A stretch of DNA of 64,000 nt from Candidatus Omnitrophota bacterium. GTDB taxonomy: Bacteria > Omnitrophota > Gorgyraeia > 2-01-FULL-45-10. The position numbers and the translations under genes are program-made. The DNA is taken from the NCBI GenBank assembly GCA_026387175.1, contig JAPLME010000006.1, positions 108,078-172,077 of the forward strand, in the 5' to 3' direction. The notes below the pieces were generated by a model, which saw only the letters and a list, made by a program, of their open reading frames with translations, did no database searches and was not told the origin of the DNA. Below are positions 19,817 through 28,653 of this stretch, in pieces (position 1 is the stretch's first letter; every line of letters begins with the position of its first letter).

Positions 19817-20805
19817 AACGCCCTCAACACGGATTTTATCCGGAATTTGACATTCGACTTCATGATATGCCGGCGCATTTTTTTATAATGGCCCCCGAGA
19901 TCTGCCTGCCGTCCTTCCTTGGCGACTTTCCTGAATATCCCGTACATGTGGATCTTCTGGGCAGGGCCTCTCTTCACCATCTCCAGCCCTCCGAGAGAAC
20001 AGAAGTATTCTAGCGTCTCAGGCGAAAAATAATAGGTATGCGCGTTCTGAAGCTGCAGCATCCCAAAATTCATTATATTCGGGACCGCTATATATACGAC
20101 GGACCCCGTATCAAGATGTTTCGTCAGCTTCTTAAGGAAGCTTACCGGGTTCAGCATATGTTCAAACACATGGTTAAGGATGACCACGTCATAGGTGCCG
20201 TTTATATTTGTTATATCACCCTGCACCATCTCCATCCCATTATCCCGGCCGAACTTTACAAGGCTCGGACTATACTCCACGCCTAGGACCTTGGCTCCCG
20301 CATCCCTGAACGGCACCAGATTCCAGCCGCCCCCGGCGCCCAGCTCCACAATAGTCATGCCAGGCACGATCTCTCTAACTTTTCTTATCTCATCGAATAT
20401 ATAGTAGCCGTACTTAGTATCATATTTGAATTTTGCCGTGTCCAGATAGTCGTCGCCCTCGTAGCACCTCCGGTATAAATCCGAAGAATAGAAGCGCCGA
20501 AGCTCCTCTTCCGTCATCCTTGGGTTCGACTGGATGAGCCCGCATTTTGTGCAAACCACTGAATCCTGTATCATGGCGTACCTGTCCGCTGATGCCAGGA
20601 GATCGAATGCGCGGGCGCCGCACAGACATTCGACAGTCTCGTATTCAATAAGGCCATCCGTCACCTTACGGTTAAACTCCCGTACAAGTTCAGCCTGAGA
20701 TGCCGTGATCTTCATAGCAGCCTTTGAGGGAGAGTGAAATTCGGCGAATGGGATCAGTTTTTTCTTTATCTCGATATCTACGCCTTTTTTTATTTTCGTC
20801 TTCAA
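19804..20805 (-). CDS. Class I methyltransferase with N-terminal Zn-ribbon
   Basis: CLCG..DRY..CTKCG..NPR, ELGAGGG, HVFEH. Confidence 0.8.
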   Translation of the reverse strand: MKTKIKKGVDIEIKKKLIPFAEFHSPSKAAMKITASQAELVREFNRKVTDGLIEYETVECLCGARAFDLLASADRYAMIQDSVVCTKCGLIQSNPRMTEEELRRFYSSDLYRRCYEGDDYLDTAKFKYDTKYGYYIFDEIRKVREIVPGMTIVELGAGGGWNLVPFRDAGAKVLGVEYSPSLVKFGRDNGMEMVQGDITNINGTYDVVILNHVFEHMLNPVSFLKKLTKHLDTGSVVYIAVPNIMNFGMLQLQNAHTYYFSPETLEYFCSLGGLEMVKRGPAQKIHMYGIFRKVAKEGRQADLGGHYKKMRRHIMKSNVKFRIKSVLRALCLK

Positions 20806-20806
20806 T

Positions 20807-21949
20807 CTAAACCTCTCTCAGTACCCTAAGGGCTTCTTCGAGCCCGAACTCAACCGGATTATTGCTCAATGCGGGCGTAAGGTCTAAGCCCCTCTTAGCT
20901 ATAAAACCGCGGTTTTTTTCCGTCACACCGTAATCACTGAATTTTTTAGTAAGGCACGATAACGGGCCATAGACTGATAGGTCGCTGCTGAACCTCTCTG
21001 CCTTCATCCTTATCGATAAGCCTTTATCGGCGACATCTATCAGATCATAAAGATCTGCATACAAGTTGCACCCTTTTTCCATATTTATCTTCACGACCGC
21101 CGGTAATAGATATGCCACCGCCAGACCGTGCGGAATATTGTGGTAGAGCCCCATCGCGTAAGATATCGAGTGGCATGCCCCGGTATTGGAGTTAGCGATC
21201 GCTATGCCGGCCAGAGTCGAGCCGAGAAGGACCTTCCTCCGCAAGTCCATATTCTGCCTGTCGTTAAGAACTTTGGGAAGATTGTTATAAACGAGCCTGA
21301 ATGCCTCTTTTGAGTAGATCCTCGTTATATCGTTCGCACACCGTGCCGTATACGACTCCACCGCATGGCCTATAGCATCCATTCCCGTGGAGGCCGTAAT
21401 ACTGTCCGGCATCGTGGCCGTCAACGATGCGTCCAATATGGCATAATCCGGAATGACATACTTGCCCCCGATGCCTCTTTTGAACTTTGTCCTTTCGTTG
21501 ACCAGGACCGCGCCACCTGTCACTTCGCTTCCTGTACCGGCGGTTGTCGGCACCATCATCTTCTTTACGCCAGACGTAAAGATCTTGCCGGTCCCGTGAT
21601 ATTCCTCGACTTTGCCGGCGTTTACGGTCATGACGGAAAGCGCCTTAGTCAGATCAAGCACGCTTCCCCCGCCAATACCTATATACAGGCCCGTCTTCAC
21701 CTTCCTCAATTTTCCGGCATATTCGTTTACCATATCCGTAGTGGGTTCAGCTGATTTCACGGTAACCGCTTTCACCGCGGCAATAGTTTCGATAGCTTCG
21801 AGCATCTTTACTACGCTTTCTTGTCCGGCAATGTTAGCATCGAGTATAACCGTAATATTCTTCGGCATCTCGTCTCTGACGATCGCGCCGATATCGGATG
21901 CCAAGTTATCCGACAATATCAGCTTTGTTGTCGACTCAAACTTTATCAT
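20807..21949 (-). CDS. Iron-containing alcohol dehydrogenase family (KdnB-like candidate)
   Basis: GGGSVLD, PTTAGTGSE, GMDAIGHAVES, H..S..HG metal ligands. Confidence 0.85.
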   Translation of the reverse strand: MIKFESTTKLILSDNLASDIGAIVRDEMPKNITVILDANIAGQESVVKMLEAIETIAAVKAVTVKSAEPTTDMVNEYAGKLRKVKTGLYIGIGGGSVLDLTKALSVMTVNAGKVEEYHGTGKIFTSGVKKMMVPTTAGTGSEVTGGAVLVNERTKFKRGIGGKYVIPDYAILDASLTATMPDSITASTGMDAIGHAVESYTARCANDITRIYSKEAFRLVYNNLPKVLNDRQNMDLRRKVLLGSTLAGIAIANSNTGACHSISYAMGLYHNIPHGLAVAYLLPAVVKINMEKGCNLYADLYDLIDVADKGLSIRMKAERFSSDLSVYGPLSCLTKKFSDYGVTEKNRGFIAKRGLDLTPALSNNPVEFGLEEALRVLREV

Positions 21950-23150
21950 TCTTTTGTCCCCTCAGCTTCATTAAGGCTTTCTTGGTGCTATTCACCATGT
22001 ACCCAAAATCTTCATCGGACATCCATTGATGGAAAGGAAACGAGACCATGTTGTCGAATAAGTTATCCGTATTCGGGCATTCGGCCTTCCCCTGGCCGCA
22101 TTTCTTGTAGAGATCATATCTGTACAAAGGATAATACTGGACTATCGCCTGTACCTTATACTCAAAAGCCAGCGCTTTTATAAGATCGTCTCTCGTCGAT
22201 GCTATTCCGTGCTTCCGGCCTTCATACTTTGCTGGCAATAGATGATATGATGGTTCACATCCATCCGGCACCTTCTGAAAGACCAGTTCAGGGAATGCGG
22301 ATAGCGCCTTCCTGAACTCGAGATACCGCGCTTTCCTGGAATTATTAAGGCTCTCTATTCTTTTGAGAAGCTTATACCCTATCGCGCATTGTATTTCAGA
22401 AATCGTAAATTTATAGGGAAGTTCATTGTCGAGAACCGTATCTATGTTTGTCATAGCCGGCTTCCAGTAGAACTCTTTCTTATCGAACGGCTTTGCGCCG
22501 AAATTTCTCATACCGGGCACCTTGGCCGCAATACCCGCATCCTTAACATATAGTGCTCCGCCTTCGCCGAAAGTCGTCATGTTCTTCTGTGCATGGAAGC
22601 TGAATACCCCGAAATCGGCGAGTGTGCCCGCTCTTTTTCCGGCATGCATCGCCCCGAATGCCTGGGCGGCGTCTTCCACTATAAGTATCTTTTTATCGGC
22701 GCCTATCTTTATGAACTTACCGACATCAGCGGTCACGCCGTATAAGTGGACCAGCACTATCGCTTTCGTCCGTTTCGTGATCTTATTAATTACATCATCG
22801 GCGCTTATAACCCAGGTCAAAGGGTCAATATCCGCCCAGATGATCCTTGCTCCCCTCCTTAAGAATGGCAAGGCCGAAGCGGTGAATGTATGGCCGGGGA
22901 CTATAACTTCATCCCCTTCTTTAAGGCCGCAGAACGCCGCTACGAGTTCAAGCGCAGATGTCGCGCTGTTCAGGGCGCAAACGCTGCCGGTATCTGCCCC
23001 CAGGTATCTGGTAAGCTCTTCTTCGAATAATTTCAGGTATTTACCCTGTGTAAGCGGATCAGCCGTCTTCATAACATTTACAATAAAGGATATCTCCTCA
23101 TCGGTAAAATCATGAGCCTTTCCGCTCCACGGTATTTTCCAGCTATCCAC
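21936..23150 (-). CDS. DegT/DnrJ/EryC1/StrS PLP aminotransferase (KdnA-like candidate)
   Basis: NSATSAL, GDEVIVP, VHLYG, EDAAQA, FSFHAQKNMTTFGEGG. Confidence 0.88.
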   Translation of the reverse strand: MDSWKIPWSGKAHDFTDEEISFIVNVMKTADPLTQGKYLKLFEEELTRYLGADTGSVCALNSATSALELVAAFCGLKEGDEVIVPGHTFTASALPFLRRGARIIWADIDPLTWVISADDVINKITKRTKAIVLVHLYGVTADVGKFIKIGADKKILIVEDAAQAFGAMHAGKRAGTLADFGVFSFHAQKNMTTFGEGGALYVKDAGIAAKVPGMRNFGAKPFDKKEFYWKPAMTNIDTVLDNELPYKFTISEIQCAIGYKLLKRIESLNNSRKARYLEFRKALSAFPELVFQKVPDGCEPSYHLLPAKYEGRKHGIASTRDDLIKALAFEYKVQAIVQYYPLYRYDLYKKCGQGKAECPNTDNLFDNMVSFPFHQWMSDEDFGYMVNSTKKALMKLRGQKNDKV

Positions 23151-23182
23151 AACATTCCTCCATCATTTAAAGGCCAACGGGA

Positions 23183-24700
23183 TCATGGCACGAAAGCGTC
23201 GAGCGCCTCTTTTACGCCTATGCTCATCCTGCCGCGGCCCGCAGCAGAACCATCGCTTCCCGGGGCGGGAAGGTTGAACTTCTCCGGTATTGAGATGCGC
23301 CCATCCACGTAATCGATAAATTTATAGAATATATCCATGAGCCTTTCAGCTGAGATCTCAGGATTCTGTATAACAGGACCGTATCTCATATTGATCTGTC
23401 TCGACATGCCCTTAAAACCGGGCCTATCAGACACCTCTATATAGCCGAATTTCTTCGAGACGGAATATATCGCTGTCCCGGCGTACGGCGCGACGAAAGT
23501 GACATCGCAGCTCTTCGGCTTTATGCGTTTATTGAGCTTTATTGTCTCAAAAATATCTTCCTCGTATTCACCGGGAAAACCTATCATATTATTCGCAGTA
23601 GTGCGTATGCCGAACTCGTGTATAAGTCCAAACACATCTTCTATCTTCTTATTAGTAACCGAGCGGCGCAGGATGTGCCTTCTCATCCATTCACTGCCGG
23701 ACTCTATCCCTATTCCAATGCCGCAGCATCCGGACGCTTTAAGCATCTCCAGCTTCTGCCTCGTGAGCGTTTCGACGGTAGTGTTTATCCAGTAAGGCAG
23801 GGTTACCTTCAGCTTCCACAATGCCGCAAATTGCGCCATCTTCCTATCCGGTAATAGGAGAAAGTTGTCGTCGCAGAAGAATATGATGTCGAATCCGTAC
23901 CTTTCCTTTAAAGACTTTATCTCGCCGATAGCCCTTTCAACCGACTTCCTGCGATGGTAGCTGCCTGAATCGCGGAATAATTTCTGATATGAATCATTTA
24001 TGCAATAAGAGCACCTGTTGAGGCAGCCTCGCGACATCTCGAAATATCCGGCTTTATAAAGTTTCCCGTTGTACGCCTTCACAAAGTGGCGGCTGTCCCA
24101 AAAGTCGAGATCCTGAAATGGAAGCGTATCAAGATCCACGAACGGCCTTAACGGGTTACGCCGCACCTTTCCGTTATCCTTAAACCATAGGCCCTTTACA
24201 CCCCTGACATCTTTATGGGCAGACAAGAGGCCGCAGAACTCAGCCATAGCATCTTCTCCTTCACCCTGGATTATATAATCGATATTGGGGTTGTCGATAA
24301 GGATATGCGGCACTATGGTCGGTGTAGAACCTCCCGCGATTACCGGTATATCCTTGTCTATGCCGTTGATGATACTGAGAAGATGGTCCGCATATTGATA
24401 ATTGTCTTCCACTATGCTTATCGCTATAAGGTCAGGTGAAAACCTCATGAACTTTTCTTCCAGCATTCTGTCCACTTTTTCCGGCGAAAGCCCCTCGTAA
24501 AGGTTTGACGTATCCGTAGGAAGGACCAGTTTCGCCTTCTCCCTGACAGCATTATCGGCGTGTTCTGTCTTCAGTATAAATGTCGTGTCAAAGAGCTCTA
24601 TCTTGTGGCCGCGGACGGACAGCATGGTCATAATAACCGAAATCCCAATAGGGATCCTGCCATAACCGTTGGCATTCGGATAGATAAACAGTATCTTCAC
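23183..24700 (-). CDS. Cobalamin-binding radical SAM enzyme
   Basis: PIGISVI..L...GH, GGSTPT, GEGE, SRGCLNRCSYC, DDNF, GIESG. Confidence 0.9.
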   Translation of the reverse strand: MKILFIYPNANGYGRIPIGISVIMTMLSVRGHKIELFDTTFILKTEHADNAVREKAKLVLPTDTSNLYEGLSPEKVDRMLEEKFMRFSPDLIAISIVEDNYQYADHLLSIINGIDKDIPVIAGGSTPTIVPHILIDNPNIDYIIQGEGEDAMAEFCGLLSAHKDVRGVKGLWFKDNGKVRRNPLRPFVDLDTLPFQDLDFWDSRHFVKAYNGKLYKAGYFEMSRGCLNRCSYCINDSYQKLFRDSGSYHRRKSVERAIGEIKSLKERYGFDIIFFCDDNFLLLPDRKMAQFAALWKLKVTLPYWINTTVETLTRQKLEMLKASGCCGIGIGIESGSEWMRRHILRRSVTNKKIEDVFGLIHEFGIRTTANNMIGFPGEYEEDIFETIKLNKRIKPKSCDVTFVAPYAGTAIYSVSKKFGYIEVSDRPGFKGMSRQINMRYGPVIQNPEISAERLMDIFYKFIDYVDGRISIPEKFNLPAPGSDGSAAGRGRMSIGVKEALDAFVP

Positions 24701-25572
24701 TTAAGCTTCTTCCTAATCTCCAGCTCTTTCTCCGTGATCCTCTTGACGCCATCCCCAAGAAGCATATCTATATCCTTTATGCGCTTATAGAGCATATTCA
24801 TCGCATGGACCTCAAGGCTGGCAGCATGGTCAGAACCCCACATGCCGTGATCAAGCGTTATGTGTCTCTCCACGACTTTCGCTCCCAAGACGCTTGCGAT
24901 AACGGTGGGTTCAAGGTCATACTCGTGTCCGCTGTAGCCGACTATGCATCCGTATCTTTTCTGCAAAAGCGGTATAACCCGCAAGTTCACTTCAGCGGCC
25001 GGTGTAGGGTATGTGGAGTTAGTATGCATAATGACATAGTTCCCTTTCGAATACTTCTCCAGCACCTCAACGGCCTCATCGACCTCCTCTATTGTGCTCA
25101 TCCCGGTCGACAGGATCACGGGCTTACCGACCCTGCAGGCCTGGCCAATAAGCTCCTTGTCGGTCAGCTTGGCCGACGGTATCTTGATAAAAGAGATGTC
25201 ATACTTCAATATAAAATCCAGGCTGGGCAGATCCCATATTGAAGCGGTCCATGCCAGAGGCTTTTCTTTGCAATACCTGTCGATGTAAGAATATTCCGCG
25301 TCCCCGAACTCGACCTTATGCCGATATTCAAGATACGTCATCCTTCCCCATGGGGTATCGCGCATCACGCCTTTCTGGTGCTCCGGGACGCATATCTCGG
25401 GAGTCCTCTTCTGGAATTTCACACAATCCCAGTTGCAAGCGAAGGCCGCGTCAATAAGCCTCTTGGCGATATCGAGGTTTCCGTTGTGGTTGATCCCTAT
25501 TTCGGCGATCATGAATACCGGGGAACCTTCTCCGATAGTATGATCAGCGACCTTTATCACTTTCTGCGCCAT
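24697..25572 (-). CDS. neuB: NeuB-family nonulosonate(-9-phosphate) synthase, short form lacking the C-terminal antifreeze-like/SAF domain
   Basis: AEIGINHNG, VKFQKR, KIPS, LSTGM, STYP, GYSGHE, ERHITLD; only 291 aa. Confidence 0.88.
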   Translation of the reverse strand: MAQKVIKVADHTIGEGSPVFMIAEIGINHNGNLDIAKRLIDAAFACNWDCVKFQKRTPEICVPEHQKGVMRDTPWGRMTYLEYRHKVEFGDAEYSYIDRYCKEKPLAWTASIWDLPSLDFILKYDISFIKIPSAKLTDKELIGQACRVGKPVILSTGMSTIEEVDEAVEVLEKYSKGNYVIMHTNSTYPTPAAEVNLRVIPLLQKRYGCIVGYSGHEYDLEPTVIASVLGAKVVERHITLDHGMWGSDHAASLEVHAMNMLYKRIKDIDMLLGDGVKRITEKELEIRKKLK

Positions 25573-25575
25573 AGC

Positions 25576-26271
25576 TTATCCCCGCTTTTTTAAAATATTA
25601 TTTTTCATGAAATATTCACACACTTTTAAATCCTCGGCATTATCTATCTCGTACGATCTCCAGAAGTCCATAATATACATGCGCATCCTGCCGCCCAAAC
25701 GGTTCTTGCATCGTTTTAGTATCTCCGGTTTAAAAAGATATATCGAGCCGTTCTCCAGATAAAGCGGTTCCCTGTCCTGCCTGCGGCCTCTCTCCTTATA
25801 ATTAAAACTGACGCTCTTAAGCCGGGGGCCGATCTTCTTCCAAATGGTATAATCCTCCAGGATGGCCGCCGAAAACATCGAGTCGGCCTTCGTCGCGCGA
25901 AACTGCGCTATGGCCATATCTATATCTTTTGCGCGGCGAAGCGGCGAAGTAGCCTGAAGGAAGACCACCAGATCTATCCCGGCGCCTCTCTTCTCTATCT
26001 CCGATAGGGCATGCATAAGGGCATCTTCCGAGCTCGCAGTATCGGTCGATAGACGTTTCGGGCGCCTTATCACCTTCGCGCCGTATTTCTCCGAGACGGC
26101 GGCGATCGTATCGTCATCCGTTGTCACATATACGTCATCGATAAGGCTGCTCTCGAGCGCCTGCCGGATCGTCCAGGCTATCAGCGGCTTTCCACAGAAA
26201 TCCACAATATTCTTTTTCGGTATCGACTTCGAGCCGCCCCTGGCGGGAACGATGCAGATTATATGCGCCAT
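25576..26271 (-). CDS. neuA: CMP-nonulosonate synthetase (acylneuraminate cytidylyltransferase)
   Basis: PARGGSKSIPKKN, LQATSPLR, RRQD, ENGSIY, EID..EDL. Confidence 0.9.
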   Translation of the reverse strand: MAHIICIVPARGGSKSIPKKNIVDFCGKPLIAWTIRQALESSLIDDVYVTTDDDTIAAVSEKYGAKVIRRPKRLSTDTASSEDALMHALSEIEKRGAGIDLVVFLQATSPLRRAKDIDMAIAQFRATKADSMFSAAILEDYTIWKKIGPRLKSVSFNYKERGRRQDREPLYLENGSIYLFKPEILKRCKNRLGGRMRMYIMDFWRSYEIDNAEDLKVCEYFMKNNILKKRG

Positions 26272-26771
26272 ATCCCACCGAAGATACAGCCCGCAAGCTC
26301 ACGAACGGCTCCAGAGCCCGAGGGGGTCTTTAAGATCATCCGCGACACGTCCTTGATCGCTCTATATGCGTCGGAAGGGCAGACGGGCCAGCCAACGACT
26401 GCCATCGCGTCAAGATCATTCACGTCATTACCTACATAAACGACCTTCCCGAGCGGGATGCCTTTAATTTTGCAATATCTTTCAAGGGCATCCCTCTTAT
26501 CGTCGATACCGTACTTGATGGGGATGCGAAGCTTGCGCGCGCGAAAGACCGCCGTCTTATTCTTTTCTGTAGTGAGGATGACCTGTTCGACCCCGGAGCG
26601 GCGCATCATATCGATCGCCAGGCCGTCCGACCTGTTGACCATCACGCCCTCCGCCCCTTTCTCGCTGACGATCGCCCTATTATCCGTAAGCACACCGTCA
26701 AAATCGTATACGATCAGCCCTACATCTTTCAACTGTATCTTATGCACACGCTTTTTCAAATGAACCTCCAC
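26259..26771 (-). CDS. KdsC-like HAD phosphatase (start may be TTG 26759)
   Basis: DFDGVLTDN, RSDG, K, YVGNDVND, G.GAVRE. Confidence 0.85.
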   Translation of the reverse strand: MEVHLKKRVHKIQLKDVGLIVYDFDGVLTDNRAIVSEKGAEGVMVNRSDGLAIDMMRRSGVEQVILTTEKNKTAVFRARKLRIPIKYGIDDKRDALERYCKIKGIPLGKVVYVGNDVNDLDAMAVVGWPVCPSDAYRAIKDVSRMILKTPSGSGAVRELAGCIFGGIWRI

Positions 26772-28653
26772 GAACGCCTGAAGAAAGGCCGTTCTCTTCC
26801 ATGTATCTTTCGACCGAATATTTTAACGATGGCCGGATCTCGTCGGTAGCGGAGAGCCTGTCCATAAAAGTCATTATGAAGCGCCCGACCCTTGCGGGCG
26901 CAGCAAGATCGTTAAAATAGTTAAACTCGCGCGCCCAATTTGAAAAATCTCCTATAGACGTATCGCCCGCAGCAGAGAGTCTGATCGCTTCCTTCATCTC
27001 ATCGAGCGTCTTGAAGAAGAAACGCTGCTGGACATCTTCATAAAATGCGAACCTGCCCACGCCACCGCAATCCCAGTGCACGGCGGGAGTCCCATAAACG
27101 GCGGCGACGATACCGGCTGAATTCAGGCCGTAACATACTGCGAGGTCCGCCTCCCTCGAAACGGCAAGCGGGCTCTGGCCGTGATCGATGACCGCCAGCC
27201 GGCCTTCCTTGCCGAGAGATTCCACCTTCGAAACGATCTCTTCGCCGCGCGGCAGCTGCCTCAACGCAGCGATATCGTAGGACTTGCTCTTGATGATGCC
27301 TCCCCATCGCGGGTTCTGCTCTAATAACTCCAGCATCTCCAGATAGAACCTCGCGAGAGACCCGGGAGAATGGAGCACTTTATATCCCGCGGAATTATCG
27401 AATATCGCCATGATAAAATCAAGGCCGCCGGCCATCTTTTGAAGCCCAGCAGGGGTCTCTTTCCCGGGCGTAAGCCAGAGCCCGGAAGGCAGGATGTTCA
27501 TCGACATATTGCCCAGCTTCATCATGCTCTCTTTAATGTTGTCTCCCCATACGAAATAGACGTGCTGAGGGAAGATGTGCGTAGGCAGGGGATAAAAATA
27601 GTAATTGGACCAATTATATCCGAACATGATGCCGCCGGCGTCTTCGATCGCGCGCGACTGGACGTCCTGTCTCCACGAAGTCTCCTGATGCTGTATAAGC
27701 ATCCTAGCTTTAAAGCGCACAAATACGGCCCGATATAGAATGTACAATATTTCGTACTCGAAGGTGTATATCGCAAACCATCGCGGCTCGTTGGAGCTTC
27801 GAAGACGTCTCTTAAAAAAGATGGGCGCCAGATCGGATGGCTTCAATCGCGCCAGCTTCATCAGCGCGACGATGTCCAGCCTGAGCCACTTGAAGGCCCG
27901 GTCCGTGATATCATCGACCGTCTCTTTAAAATGGCCGCGGTCATCTCTATCTATGTAATTTATTATGTCGAATGTCTCCGCAACTATATGCCTGCGCCAG
28001 AAGGCGAAGTCGAATACATCCGTCTTCACGTACTCCACCCAGACCGAGGGCTTCGTTTGGCAGGCATTACCGAGACCCCTTTGCGGAATGAATCTTACCA
28101 GGAGGGCTAAGAACGCATAGTACAACGGTTTCAGGTAATGCTTGATCGTATCCTTGAGACCGTATTCCTTGATGCAGTAGTTCCGCCTATCGTAAAATCC
28201 ATCGAGGGCCCTGTTTGCGGGATGCCGCGTTATATAAAGTATATTATCGCAATCGACCGCGCCGTCGATCTTCAGTTCGACCATACCGATGAATTCGCAT
28301 TGGCTGCGGACTATCGCCGCAAGATATGACTTGATCGTCTTCCGTGACCGTCCGTCGGCTCCGGCGCAACAGTCATCGCAGAAACGGTCGATGCTCTTAT
28401 CCATGCGCTCCCAGATGCCCTGAGACGCGGCAAAACCTTCCCCATCCCTCTGGCTTATCGATAGCTCCGCAGGCCGCAAAAGAGAACCTGCGCCAACGGC
28501 TGCAATAGCTTTCATGATGAGCTTTGCCGTAGGCGTTACGCAATGTTCGTCGTAAAATATCTCTGACGATCCTGCGATCCTCCTGAAAAGCATGGAGACT
28601 ATCTGTGGCGAGCCCAGCCTCTGGATCCATATAACGTTCTTTTGCCTCTTCAT
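26740..28653 (-). CDS. Large polysaccharide biosynthesis protein, GT-B-like (candidate ulosonate transferase)
   Basis: YNWSN, YFVWG, AIFD, IIKSK, NSAGIVA..YGTPAVHWD; adjacent to HAD/neuA/neuB. Confidence 0.5.
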   Translation of the reverse strand: MKRQKNVIWIQRLGSPQIVSMLFRRIAGSSEIFYDEHCVTPTAKLIMKAIAAVGAGSLLRPAELSISQRDGEGFAASQGIWERMDKSIDRFCDDCCAGADGRSRKTIKSYLAAIVRSQCEFIGMVELKIDGAVDCDNILYITRHPANRALDGFYDRRNYCIKEYGLKDTIKHYLKPLYYAFLALLVRFIPQRGLGNACQTKPSVWVEYVKTDVFDFAFWRRHIVAETFDIINYIDRDDRGHFKETVDDITDRAFKWLRLDIVALMKLARLKPSDLAPIFFKRRLRSSNEPRWFAIYTFEYEILYILYRAVFVRFKARMLIQHQETSWRQDVQSRAIEDAGGIMFGYNWSNYYFYPLPTHIFPQHVYFVWGDNIKESMMKLGNMSMNILPSGLWLTPGKETPAGLQKMAGGLDFIMAIFDNSAGYKVLHSPGSLARFYLEMLELLEQNPRWGGIIKSKSYDIAALRQLPRGEEIVSKVESLGKEGRLAVIDHGQSPLAVSREADLAVCYGLNSAGIVAAVYGTPAVHWDCGGVGRFAFYEDVQQRFFFKTLDEMKEAIRLSAAGDTSIGDFSNWAREFNYFNDLAAPARVGRFIMTFMDRLSATDEIRPSLKYSVERYMEENGLSSGVRGGSFEKACA

